DNA of 56,616 bases from Asterionella formosa (taxonomy: Eukaryota), in the NCBI GenBank assembly GCA_002256025.1, contig NKIB01013488.1, positions 1 through 56,616 on the forward strand. Direction: 5' to 3'. Below the pieces are notes generated by a model. That model made no database searches, was not told the origin of the DNA, and saw nothing but the letters and a program-made list of their open reading frames with translations. The position numbers were made by a program, and so were the translations under genes. This document shows positions 34,179-45,924 of the stretch, in pieces (positions within the stretch are counted from its first letter, which is position 1; every line of letters begins with the position of its first letter).

Positions 34179-35714
34179 CTAGTTGTATCCTAGTGGTCGT
34201 GTAACAGTCGGTCGCCACTCTCCATAGAAATCATCATTTCTCGGACCTGTGATTGCTTCGTCACAATTACAATCACACACGCACGAGCCATTCTCGCAAA
34301 AGCAATCGCAGCAGTCATCACTGGGAGAAGTGGAGCCATAATTGGACCCGCCATCAGACTTGGAGGTACCGTACTCAAGCTCGTGGGGCTTTTCATATTT
34401 ATGCACTTCAGTTTTTTCATATTCCGGCAATATATTTTCGGGAAACTCGTACTTCTCCCCCTCACAATCAGGTCCTCCTTTTGATCCCCTGCTCTTTCCT
34501 CCCTTTCCTTTTCCTCCTTTGCTTTTTCCTCCCTTGCTCTTTCCTCCCTTTCCTTTTGCTCCCTTGCCCTTGGATCCCTTGTACACTGGAGCCACTACAG
34601 GCGAAGCAACAGGCTTGTATACAGGTGGTATTGGCTGAGGTATCGGTGCAGAGTAGTCATTACCATCCTCATACGACCCAGTCTTTGAGCCCATAGAGAT
34701 ATCGTCACCAGCCTCATAGGAGCCAGACTTGGAACCATATCCCGGGAGTTCTTTGGGACAATTGCAATCACAGAGGCAAGAGCCCTTCTTGCAAATGCAC
34801 GCGCAGCAGTCATTGTTTCGAGATTCGGAGCCAGATTTAGAACCACCAGACGTGGAGCCATCCTCTGGTTCTTTGGGCTTTTCATATTCAGGCACCTCAG
34901 TTTTTTCATATTCCGGGAAAACATTTTCAGGAAACTCGTATTTCGCCTCCTCGCAATCGGGTCTTCCTTTTGATTCCTTGCTCTTTCCTCCCTTTCCTTT
35001 CCCTCCTTTACTTTTCCCCCCTTTGCCTTTTCCACCCTTGCCTTTTCCTCTTTTGCTTTCGACGTCGTAGCCTGCACCTTTGGAAACCGGGGCCACTACA
35101 GGCGAAGCAACTGGAATATATACTGGTAGTATTGGCTGAGGTATCGGCGCAGAGTAGTCATCATCTTTAGGATTCAACCCAGTCTTTGAGCCCATAGAGT
35201 AGTCGTCACCCGCTTCATATGAACCGGACTTCGAACCGCCAGACTTGGAGCCTCCTCCACTGCCTTTTCCAGACTTGGATGCGCCCTCTACAGACGAGCC
35301 TTGTCCATAAGAACCAGACTTGGAGCCAGACTTCGACGCAACTCCTTCAGTGGAACCCTGCTCGTGAGAACCAGACTTGGAGCCAGACTTCGAGGCAACT
35401 ACTTCAGTGGAACCGGACTTGGAGCCAGACTTCGAGCCAGCTCCTTCATTAGAACCAGACTTGGAGCCACAATTGCAAATACAATCGCAGTATTTGCCGT
35501 TGTCGCCTGCGTCCTTTCCATAGTCGTAACATTCACATTTGCAGCAGTCTGCCACACTGTTGTTTCCTGCCGTGCTGAATGAGTAGTTGTTCCCGACCAG
35601 CACGCGACGAGTCGCGTCGTTGTCAAAAAAAGTCTTTACTCCTCTCAGTTTAGGTCGTGCCGAATCGACTATACATAGTGACATAAGCAAGACTGAAATG
35701 AGGAACACAGTCAT
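34179..35714 (-). CDS. Secreted Lys/Ser/Gly-rich, Cys-cluster repeat protein (silaffin/cingulin-like cell-wall protein candidate), about 511 aa
   Basis: Signal peptide MTVFLISVLLMSLCIVDS; propeptide-like KLRG...RRVL; repeated GSKSGSKSGS and KGKGGKSKGG; three DCCxCxC...CxCxCNC clusters; an internally duplicated module of about 160 aa. An alternative start lies at 35726. Confidence 0.85.
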   Translation of the reverse strand: MTVFLISVLLMSLCIVDSARPKLRGVKTFFDNDATRRVLVGNNYSFSTAGNNSVADCCKCECYDYGKDAGDNGKYCDCICNCGSKSGSNEGAGSKSGSKSGSTEVVASKSGSKSGSHEQGSTEGVASKSGSKSGSYGQGSSVEGASKSGKGSGGGSKSGGSKSGSYEAGDDYSMGSKTGLNPKDDDYSAPIPQPILPVYIPVASPVVAPVSKGAGYDVESKRGKGKGGKGKGGKSKGGKGKGGKSKESKGRPDCEEAKYEFPENVFPEYEKTEVPEYEKPKEPEDGSTSGGSKSGSESRNNDCCACICKKGSCLCDCNCPKELPGYGSKSGSYEAGDDISMGSKTGSYEDGNDYSAPIPQPIPPVYKPVASPVVAPVYKGSKGKGAKGKGGKSKGGKSKGGKGKGGKSRGSKGGPDCEGEKYEFPENILPEYEKTEVHKYEKPHELEYGTSKSDGGSNYGSTSPSDDCCDCFCENGSCVCDCNCDEAITGPRNDDFYGEWRPTVTRPLGYN

Positions 35715-36547
35715 TGGAATTGACATTGTTGTCGTCAGATGCAACAATATACCCAAAATGAGAATGAGTGAAAGACCTGGAAAACACATTTGCGAGGAGT
35801 GAGCATGACCAAAATGTTGTTTCAAGGGCAAACTGTATCAAAGCGCATAGGCATCATATAAATCAAACATGTAGCAAAGGAATACAAACCCCAAAGCCGC
35901 AAGGTGAAAGCCAGTGAACGATTGGAATGACTCTACGGAATGTATTGGCCTAGACTTCAGCTTGCTTCGCCAATTGAATTTCCCAGCCCTGCATCGAAAA
36001 GTATCCTCCAGTTTTATCGAAGTACTGCTCCATCATTCAATGTCATCGGCCTGACAACATCTTTGTTTTCAGTTTGATCGTACCTTAACAGTTGATTCGA
36101 TTTTGTGAAAGCCCAAGAGGTAAAGAAGGGAGTTTTACAATTTTGGCTTTGCCTTGGCAAAAATTTGGCAAGACATGCCGAAAGCAACATGTAAAACATA
36201 GGTGGCACGGCCGTCGCATCTATATATTTAACAGGGATTTCTGGTTTATTCGACGGATAGTCAAATATTATTATTATAATGAATTCGGCGGGAAATAAAT
36301 TGTTCTGTTTTGCTTTTTATACTGGCTTTATTTTCCAATTTAAATCTATGATCATGCCTGTAGATCATAAATACGACGCATAGGTGGCAGCTTCACTTTT
36401 CTCACCTACCCGGTAGGAAACTCGCTCCGTTGATAGTATTCGATCACGCCAGCCATCGTGAATACAAATATCTTCTCGAAACGAGTTGGCGCGTCCCGGT
36501 AATTGGAATCTCAAACCAATACCGCTATGTTACAGTATACAATGCCA

Positions 36548-36636
36548 GCAAGTTGCGTTAGTTTTGATGAACTAAAACTTTAGCTGATTTTATCTAAAAT
36601 TAAATTGTCTATTTCAGCAAAATGACCCCAACTTGC
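36548..36636. mobile_element. 89-bp miniature inverted-repeat element
   Basis: GCAAGTTGCGTTAGTTTTGATGAA ... TTCAGCAAAATGACCCCAACTTGC. The termini match those of the 4855-7055 element. Confidence 0.7.
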
Positions 36637-37019
36637 AGTGTATGAAATTCATCCTTGTTTGATTAGCTCGAGGCCGTTATTCAATACCGGTACCTGGTAC
36701 CTGGTAGTCAATTCTGTATGATATGGCTGATAGACACAAAAATTGAGGACATCGGGTAGGCTCATGTTGACTGACGGTACAGGTAGTACTACAACGGATA
36801 ACCCTAACCCTTCTAAAATTTAAATTATAATACGCTACTTTCTCTACAATTCTCAACATTTCCTTTCAAAAATATTCTTCACTATGACTAGAATAAACTG
36901 TGTTTGTTTGCTCCCATTTTATCTTTACTTTGATCACAGCCATTTCCTGAAAGTCATAATGCTCTCCTGAAAGTCGTAGTAGCCATATGCTGGTGTGTGT
37001 TCTCGTTTTTGCAATCAGA

Positions 37020-37221
37020 AAAATTCCGCTATTTAGTAGAAGATGGTCTTTATATTTGATAAAATATGTCGCTGTCCGGTAACACATTGACCGTTTCAGG
37101 AAAATGACCGCAACTTGCATGTACAGTACAACAACCGGATGCGGTCATTTTGCTAAAATAAACAAATAAATATGGGATAAAGATAGCTAATTCCTAAGTT
37201 CAGCAAATGACCACAACTTGC
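37020..37221. mobile_element. Orphan TIR end (to 37118) plus an oppositely oriented about 86-bp miniature element (37136-37221) of the same family
   Basis: CGCTATTTAGT...TTTCAGGAAAATGACCGCAACTTGC matches the right end of the 2.2-kb element. It is followed by GCGGTCATTTTGCTAAAAT...TTCAGCAAATGACCACAACTTGC. Confidence 0.7.
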
Positions 37222-37247
37222 TGGTACCTGGCACTCCGAGTATCAGG

Positions 37248-40200
37248 TAAAGTATCTAACTAGAAGTAGCAGTTTTTGTTGAATATATGCGCTTGCTATT
37301 TAAGCCTTGTGTGCAAATCAATCTCGAGGTCGACACCAAAGTATTCAATAAGGGTTAGTAGAGTTCTCTCATTATTGAGTTCTGATATATATGATATAAC
37401 TCTAATTCTATATACATCTGTATTGATGCGCGGGATCGCTCACTCTCCTACAACAAGGGAAAAACCTTTTACCTATGCAAAGGGTTGATGCAATGAATAT
37501 TAGTTCATTCCGTAATATGCATTGTTTGTTGAAAAGTAACTGTACCATTGCCATGTACTTGAATAATAGAATAAGGACCTTGTTCACGGTCATACAAGGT
37601 AGTAGGATTATCCAATAGGATTGAAATCTCGTCACCAACTTTGCAATCACAAGAACGAAAACAGAAACTAGCACGACGTAGACTTTTGTCAATTATCACT
37701 TGTCGACATTGATATCCCAGTTTTAATTGCAAATCTGTATCAAATGAATATCAAATATCATATCATTTTGGAAAACCCATGTTCCTGGTGAAATACGCAA
37801 TTTACTATAAATAGTAGCTCGAGCTGCATATGATGCAGCTGTAAAACATTTATCAACAATATTCTGAGCTTAAAATTCCTTGATTGGAGGATGAGCCTCC
37901 ATTGTCATGTGTACAACCGACGAACGTTCTGGACGGAGATATCTGTTCAACCAATCATTTTCAAATTTCATCGCAATATATTCTGATGTTTTGTTATTGA
38001 TACGTGAAATTTCTGGTAAATTGGTGACTGTGTTAACTCAAGTTAGAGCACGAGATTCAATCTCTTGTGCAGCCACTGTTATCTTCAATGGACCAATTAT
38101 TAAATCTACTGTGACTTCTGATCATTTTAATAACAATGCTTTACTTGATGGAAGTTCACCAAAAAACCATACCCAGCACCTTGTAATTTTGTATTTTTTG
38201 ACATGCTTCACATATGCCTACAAAATGTTCCACTCTTACTTTTAATGTAGCTAAGATGATAAAAATGTGTAAGGAATTATTGCAGCATTTAATTTCGTCA
38301 TACCCACATTTTTTAACAATAGGATGCAATAGTTATGTAGGAATATCAATACGCCAAGTATCTCTTGGATTCTTCACAAAACATATTAAATTTATATCAT
38401 GAAAATTGATAGAGGGAAATTTTAACGGATGTGTTTGTTGATTGAGAATCAATTGTATATCCAGCAATTGTCTATGATTTATTAAATTATAATCCAGAGG
38501 ATATTGAAGTCTGCCAAGATTTGATGATTAAGGAAACAGGTAAACAGAGATTCATCATCCAATTCAATTGAGAAAGTAGAAGTGGATGTTGATGCTGAAG
38601 ATATCGGCCCAATATCATTTTCCACCAAAGACTCAAGCCTCGGGAGGCTAGAGGTGGAATCAGTAATAGTTAGCATTATCAGTACCCTTCACATCGTGAA
38701 AAGTAAGAAGATATTCTTCAATCTAAAGCCTCCACCGGAGAACACATTCAGTGTGTAAGTTATTATAAATAAAATTATGATGATCAGTGTGAACACGTAG
38801 AACCGCATCCAAAAGCATAAAGCAAAATTCTTTGAAAGTTTCTAGGATAGAACGTAATGCTTTGTCAATAATGGCACAATTTTTTTCTAGGCAAAAGATA
38901 ATTTGCAAGAATGAAAAGCAACCGGGAGATCATTTTGCATAATGACTGTCCCCAATTGATAATCAGACACATCAGTAAAAATATGGAAAGGAAAATTATG
39001 ATCAGGATAACGCATGAGTGTATCTGCAACTAACAAAGCTTTCATTGATTCAAAAGCCTGTTGATCTATAGGTAACCAGACAAATGGACCAGTTTCCACA
39101 TTAATTCCTTTTTAATTTTGAAGACCAAAATTTGAAGTCGGTTGGAGTTTATCGATATCCCAATGAGTCAGTTCCTTCAACATACCATTTCATTTTAAAT
39201 TGTGTTTGATAATTTGCGGTTAAATTTATTTTCAGCCATAATAGCAGCATTCCGTATCTGTATAGTTAACAGCTTCAATGTTCCATGTGTAAAAATAATC
39301 CTTGACAGGTGTATCAAATTTTAACAACCCAATATGTAAATGTTTGTCTGTCTCATTTTAGGAATCAATGACATGCAGAAAACACTGATATATTCACCAT
39401 ACAGGATTTTTTTTTGCGCAAAATCAATCATAATTTAACCAGCATGAAAAATTAGTAAGCTATCAGCCAGAAAGTATTAAGAACAGGCACTTCTGTTGCA
39501 GGATACAAGCTGACGAGTTGAATTTTGGGAGCATCATGTTTTATGAAAGACGACTGGCAAAGGAAGAAAAGATACCTGCTATGCATGATATATATTAATT
39601 ATAAATGTTCGATGGACAACGAAATATCCTGAAGAACAATCCGTTCATAGGTTACTAAAGATCAGGACCCACCGCGATAAAATAACATTCATATGTCATG
39701 TATATACACAGCAGCCACAAATCCTGGGGTTGCTAATGAAATGCAATGAAGCTTATGCATTCTTAGTTAAAGAAAGAAATGAGACAGGAATCAATCCTTG
39801 AGATGTGCATATGGGATGATATATTGAATCCACCTTTGAATTTTAAATATCCCGCGTTACAATAGCGGCGATATACAGCCTGTAATTATCCTTTATTATA
39901 GCAAATGTTATCCAGGCAATGTTTGACGTAAGACATATTCAATGTGCCATCATAGCTGCATATATATACATATATATATATTGCTATGATTGTCGCACAT
40001 TCTTCTGTTAAGGCGATCTGTTCAGCATTCTTCTGGTTTCTAGGCACAAACGCGACTAGCTGACTAAAAGGCAGGAGGGTTCGTGACCTCTAAAATTTCC
40101 TAGGCAGATTCATATAAGTCGGCAGGTATGGCCCTCGGCACAGTACCCTATCCAGACATCAACATAGGGCGGCCCTAACCAGACATCAACATAGGGTCAA

Positions 40201-41252
40201 CCCGAGGATTTGTAGAAAATATACATGGAAGAAAAACATGAACAGGTTTATCTGTGCCAGTATTATGATAATTCACTCTGCATGGAATTTCCACGCCAGA
40301 AGAACATGAACAGGAACAGGGCTAGTAGTGTTGTTAGTAATGTTAGCTAACTCGACATTATCCTTGAATGATTGTTGATTCTCGAAGTAAGTCAAAACCA
40401 AGCGAATCATTTGTGTTGTGTTCTTTTCATTTTTCCATTCAAACCTTTGCTGCCACACATTGGGTATAAAGTAAATGACAATTAACCTCAAATTGGCCTT
40501 GGCCAACAAGACTTCCTGATCTTCTGGATGAGGTATCATTATTTTGAGGAGCTTATTTAAGGTCTTGAGATAGGCAGCGAAGTCGATCATCAACATATTG
40601 AGTATTATCATGGCATCCACTGATGCTGACTCTCAGAGATATATCATGAAGAAGGTAATTCTCCAGCCACATCACCATGACTTTGTTAAGACAGTCATGG
40701 GACTGAGCATCTGGGTGTATTGCAACGCTCATCCAGTCAGAAAAGACGATATCTTTGAGTCATCTTTTGCAGCAGTAGGAGAACAAGCAAGGAATCTGCT
40801 GAACTGAAGCTTCATGTGTGAGCCATCATCATATGATCACAGGATTTACTGAAATCAATCAACAAACTTCCACTGAGTGTTCATTGATCACATCTTCGTT
40901 GAAAGACTGTAAACAATGACCTGGTAGGGATACACAAAGAGGTCTGAATTATGATGTTTAGTATGTTGTTATCCATCATCAATGGGGCCACTGGAACTTG
41001 AGAGGACAGTACATCAACATGATTATTAATTCCAATTGGACTCTTTTGAATTCAAAGTGAAGTATCTCACTAGAAGTAGTAGTATTTGTTGAATATATGA
41101 GCTTATTAGTTAATCCTTGTGTGCAACTCGTTCTCTAAGTTGACACCAAAGCATTCAATAAGGGTTAGTCCAGTTCTCTCATTATTGAGTTCTGATATAT
41201 ATGACATAACTCTAACCCTATATTCATCTGTATTGATTCGCGGGATTGCTCA
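37248..41252 (-). mobile_element. Decayed, internally deleted Ty3/gypsy LTR retrotransposon; LTRs 37248-37442 and 41058-41252
   Basis: Two 195-bp direct repeats (TG/TA...CA) with about 24 mismatches by manual count. Flanks TCAGG and CCAGG form a near-perfect 5-bp TSD. A purine tract (minus strand GTAGGAGAG) abuts the 3' LTR. RNase H remnants (AFESMKALL...YPDHNFPFHIFTDVSDYQLG, VHTDHHN) precede integrase-like remnants, which is gypsy order. Confidence 0.92.
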
Positions 41253-41480
41253 CCAGGGCGGTACACACATAGTGCTAAATCCTGATGGAGTGTATCATAG
41301 AAATAAAATTTTCTATACAGGTATCTGTATATGTTTGATGTACATACGATCTTTGCCGTATTCGAAATTATCTGCCGTAGCGGTCTACTTAGACCAAACA
41401 TAAACCCAGCATTTCAAATCTGTGGGAAAAATCATGCACATTTTTCCGTCCATGATCAGAGTTGAATATATTTAAAAGTC

Positions 41481-42926
41481 ATGTCACGATGGGAAATCTC
41501 TAAATCAGTTATTAGTAAGCGTTTCTCTGTCATGCGCAGACCCCGACATTCTCGACTTCTGCTTCTATTTTATGCTGCGTTGCTGTTATTCCTCTGCATG
41601 CTCTTCTACTCAGTTCAACGCCTGCCAAATACGAGCTACTGTGTGCCTCTTGGAATTTGTGACTTTCGGTTTCGGCACACTGCCGTCAATGAGAGTCTCA
41701 TTGGAGGCAGTCATTCCGATACGACGCTCCTGTCTCAAGTGGATCTTCCAACCTATACTTGGCCCAATTCAACTGGGACCAATTGCGCAAAGTACAAGGC
41801 CGTACTTCACATTCACTCGGGTGACCAAGGAGCCGCCGCGGGCACACTGTTTTTTCAATACATGATCAATCAATTAATCTATGCGAAAATTCACAAACTT
41901 ATTCCGTGGATTCACTTGGATAACTTCACTCAATGGGTTTATGATGAGGATGTTCATGGGGTTGGCTCGGTAAGCTTTGATTTGCTTGGTGGATGGCAGG
42001 TTCCTTGGGAAGCTGGTCCTTTTAACCAAAGTGGTGCGTGGCCAGGCGAGCCATATTTAAGGCGCAAGAGCAATAGCACAAAATCTATTAAACGAGGCCT
42101 CCATCCAAAACGATGGAATTTTGAAGGACGAGGTGTTTGGAATGACTATTTTGAACCAGTTTCCGACTTCAACCCGTACGACCCATCATGCCAGAAACTA
42201 GGGTTGGTGCAACTCGACAATTACCAGCTTAGTCCAGGCATTCAATTCTATGCTCCTTTCGCGGTTCGATCCTGGGAGTATGCTTTTCTTCCAGCTTACC
42301 TTCGAAGCAACTATACCGAAAACGGCACACTGCACAATTGGTTCGGGCCGATGCGAGAGCGAGCTCATCATATTGTGAACCAATTCTACAAATTCAAGCC
42401 TCACTTGGTGGACGCTAGTTTCAAAATACTCCCTAACAACACACAATGCCTTGGACTACATATCCGTCATAGTGACAAGGCCGGTATAGCACGCCGAAAA
42501 TTGCCAGTCGAAGAATTTCTACCGTTCATAGAAGCCTATTTGAAAAATGGCGGAGACAAAGTCTATCTTGCGACTGACTCTAGCTTGGTAGAAGAGCATA
42601 TACGCCAGAAATGGCCAGAAAGTCAGAGAAAGCTGATTGTACAAAATAATATCATCCGATCCAACAGATTCAAGCCAGTTTTTAAGATAGGCAAGCACAA
42701 TCAAACAAATACCGAAGTGTTGGTTGAAATTTTGTCCTTGTCCCGATGTCAATTCTTAGTGCATGGATTTAGTGCTGTCTCGGAAAGTGCTATTTATTTG
42801 AATTTGCAGCTTCACGTAAATTCGGTTGATTTGGAAGTTCCTGGTCACCAAAATCCAGAAGATTTTGGAAAATTGGTCAAGCGTGTCCTGGGCGACAAAC
42901 TGAACATTATTATTCACGATGAATGA
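41481..42926 (+). CDS. Type II membrane glycosyltransferase of the fucosyltransferase superfamily (FUT8/NodZ/O-FucT-like), 481 aa; alternative start at 41532
   Basis: N-terminal TM segment LLLLFYAALLLFLCMLFYSV; GDP-fucose-binding type motifs LGLHIRHSDK, VYLATDS and EILSLSRCQFLVHGFSAVS. Confidence 0.88.
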   Translation: MSRWEISKSVISKRFSVMRRPRHSRLLLLFYAALLLFLCMLFYSVQRLPNTSYCVPLGICDFRFRHTAVNESLIGGSHSDTTLLSQVDLPTYTWPNSTGTNCAKYKAVLHIHSGDQGAAAGTLFFQYMINQLIYAKIHKLIPWIHLDNFTQWVYDEDVHGVGSVSFDLLGGWQVPWEAGPFNQSGAWPGEPYLRRKSNSTKSIKRGLHPKRWNFEGRGVWNDYFEPVSDFNPYDPSCQKLGLVQLDNYQLSPGIQFYAPFAVRSWEYAFLPAYLRSNYTENGTLHNWFGPMRERAHHIVNQFYKFKPHLVDASFKILPNNTQCLGLHIRHSDKAGIARRKLPVEEFLPFIEAYLKNGGDKVYLATDSSLVEEHIRQKWPESQRKLIVQNNIIRSNRFKPVFKIGKHNQTNTEVLVEILSLSRCQFLVHGFSAVSESAIYLNLQLHVNSVDLEVPGHQNPEDFGKLVKRVLGDKLNIIIHDE

Positions 42927-43808
42927 CCACAACGGGTGCTATTGCGTTTAAGCCACTTTTTCGGGAGGCGATTGACGACTTAACATAACTGACAGTTGTA
43001 ATCTTCCCACCTTCACGAGAATTCATCTTGTTGAAAGCTCTGAGCTTGACAGGCAACGATCAAGGCAACCCAATGGCTATCAAATCAAAGATGGAAAGTG
43101 CCACTCAATTGAACAAGTTTATCAAATGTGCCTCTCATGGGATTATGAAGGTAATGCATCTCAAGCTACCTATAAGTTTATGTGACATTGACATCTAAAA
43201 CTCTCAATCAAGCAGAACAAGAAATGCAATGAAATTTATTGGAGATTGTCATTAATTTATTTTTTCATCTAAAGTTTCATTGCTCACATTGATCATTTCA
43301 GCCATTCCCGATTCACCAAAAATTGAAAGCAAGTCATTTATAGTGCTTATAAACAATCCCAAAGAAGCTCAAGGGTCCATCAAGGGTGCAAGCAGGTCTT
43401 CCCAATCTTTCCATTTTATGTCGTCAAATAAACCTAGGGGATGATACACATGAGGGAAATTGGATTCGAGACAAGTGCAGGAGTCAAAATGTCCCTGGAT
43501 AAAAAATTTAGACAATGCAAGTAATAATGGACAGAGGGAGTACCAATTAGTCTACCTATTTTCTACCAAATAATATGAAAGTGGCATTATTATTCTTGTA
43601 CTATCAGGGAGTCAACAATAACATTGATCATTGGTACCTGAAGGCAACCATTTCTAATTTCCTATCATATGCCTCCCATTCTAGATATAAATGTTCATTT
43701 TTTGTTACATGTATTTTAGTAGTACTTCACCTCTCCTTCTGGAGGGCATGTGCATTTTTCATTATTGTTAATTTTATTTCTTCTGAATAAAATATCAACT
43801 CATTCATT

Positions 43809-44176
43809 AGGGAATGGCTTAGTGGTTCAGCATGCTGCAATTGATCTGAGTTGTGAGGTTCGATTCCCGAATTTTTTGAGAAGCAATTGTTGGGTTCAAC
43901 TCCCACTCTCCTTACTGTCCCACATGGTCTTGCCGGGTGCGCAAGAAATAGTGGGTTGCCCCCCCCCCCCTGCTGCAAGGAGCTTGTGCCGCCTTCTTAG
44001 GCGTTTGGAGTTTCCCCTAACGCTGCGGCTAAGACAACCACCTTTTGCAAAAGGTGGTTGGGGCCTCACTTCGTACGCTAGCAAAACTAGGGAAGCACAG
44101 GTCTTATCGGCAGGTAGCACAATGAAATACTTCCCTAGATAAGGAGGATTACAAATGGGCGAAAAAGCATTTTAAA
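43809..44176 (+). mobile_element. tRNA-headed SINE-like element, copy 1
   Basis: Pol III A box TGGCTTAGTGG (43815-43825) and B box GGTTCGATTCC (43857-43867). Colinear over its length with the reverse complement of 45562-45924. Flanked by TCATTCATT (43800-43808) and TCATTGATT (44177-44185). Confidence 0.78.
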
Positions 44177-45561
44177 TCATTGATTTATCTGATATATTTA
44201 TATGGTGCTGTCATTCTTTTGGAATATGAGTTTACCTTGTGAACTACAACTACTATGTATGTAAATGAAATAAACTATACATAATTTAGGATTTTAAATG
44301 TTACCTTTTGTTAGATCAATCGATTAGACACTGAGGCAATGGGCAGAGATGCTCATTTCTGTTTTGTTCCTATATTCCTATTATGTTATTATTCATCAAA
44401 GTTTTCCATTTTGTTCATCATTTCATAATCCAATGAAGTTATCTTCAAAAATCATTTGTATTTGTACGATTAATGTGAGAAAGACTCAAGTCTATCTCAC
44501 ATTCTTTGTCCATAAATTTATAGCCCCATACTATATACAACCATGATTATAGTTTCAAACTAGACTAATGCTTGTCCAAGAAATACTGGGATGGTAGTAC
44601 TAGGTACTGGTATGTAGTTGATGTCTGTTTCATCTTCCTTGTTCATATAAAGTAGAATTACTGAGTACTACGGAGTAATCCCTCACCAGTCAAATATTAT
44701 TTGCATCGGTTTTCCAAACCCCAAGTGCTGATCAGCTTATTTTAAGATGCATTACATCGACAAAATGCCATCTTTCTAGTCGGCTTACGAAAAACATGCA
44801 TTTTTAATGAGTTACATAGATGTGAAGATAAACTCTGACTCTGTACTTAAATTATTAGCATCTAAAAAAATTAATCGAAACCAATTGCACATACATATAA
44901 TCATTGTGTGCATGTACATATCACCGAATGCTGTTTAAAATCAGCCAGCCACTCAAATACTTTTGTGAGAAACCAAATAAACACACCAATATCATAATTA
45001 TTTCACCAATAATATTTAAAGGACTTTTAAACAAACTAAAAATTGTACTTGTGCCTTGTGAGACGCCCTACCACAATCACGTCTGTTTTTTCCTAACCCT
45101 CGAACACCTGCCTTTGTGTGTTTTCCACAATTGAGCAAGGCGGAGCCAAGCTCCATCAGTGACCTGCAACCCTGGCTGGTGCGGTGCCAAGCATTATAGG
45201 CTAAATCCTCGGATTCCTGCCACGGACCTTTTTGATTCAAATTGTGACACTTAATTTGGACGTCAACAGGAAGAAGAAATAAGGATTTATCCTCCTCCTG
45301 GACTTGCACTTGATCATGTTCTTTTTGTTTTCTAATCTTTGCATCGAAATCTTTCATCTTCTTGTTCTGTTGTTCTTCCTCTGTTTTACCCTGCTATCTT
45401 CCAGCATGCTCCAATATATACAAACTCTGTTCATTGATGTCTCAAATACCAAATCTTCATGAAATGAATCTGGCTGGTTGTTGCATGATTCAACTTCTGG
45501 TGACACTTCCTTCATCATGGTGGCACCAAACTCGGTATTTTCATCACACATGATCAGCCAT

Positions 45562-45924
45562 TAAAATTTAAATTTAGCATGTTTATAGCCCATTTGTACT
45601 CCCCTAGTCTAGGCAAGTATTCATTGTGCTACCTGCTGATGAGACCTGTGTTTCCCTAGTTTTGTTAGTGTAGGTGATTCCCAAGCCACCTTTCGCAAAA
45701 GGTGATCATCTTAGCTGCATTGTTAGGGGAACTCCAACCGCCTAGGAAGGCAGCACAAGCTGCTTGTAGGGGGCAACCCACTATTTTTTGCACACCAGGC
45801 AAGACTGTGCAGGACAGTGAGGAGTGTGGGAGTCAAACCCAACAATTGCTTCTCAAAAAATTGCGGGAATTGAATCTCACAACCTGAGATCAATTGCAAT
45901 GTGCTACACCACAAAGCCATTCCC
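45562..45924 (-). mobile_element. tRNA-headed SINE-like element, copy 2
   Basis: The reverse complement begins GGGAATGGCTTTGTGG and ends ...ACAAATGGGCTATAAACATGCTAAATTTAAATTTTA. It is flanked by a perfect 8-bp direct repeat TCAGCCAT (45554-45561 and 45925-45932). Confidence 0.8.

Noticed and set aside
43809..43915. Functional tRNA gene
   Set aside because: A and B boxes are present but there is no clean cloverleaf or anticodon arm. The segment is the head of a repeated, TSD-flanked element.
45625..45710. Hammerhead ribozyme (CTGATGAG core) in SINE copy 2
   Set aside because: No GAAA-closed stem II or matching stems I and III could be found, and copy 1 has CCGATAAG at the same position.
43809..45924. 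Single 2.1-kb foldback element with 365-bp TIRs
   Set aside because: Each arm has its own separate flanking direct repeat, which indicates two independent insertions.
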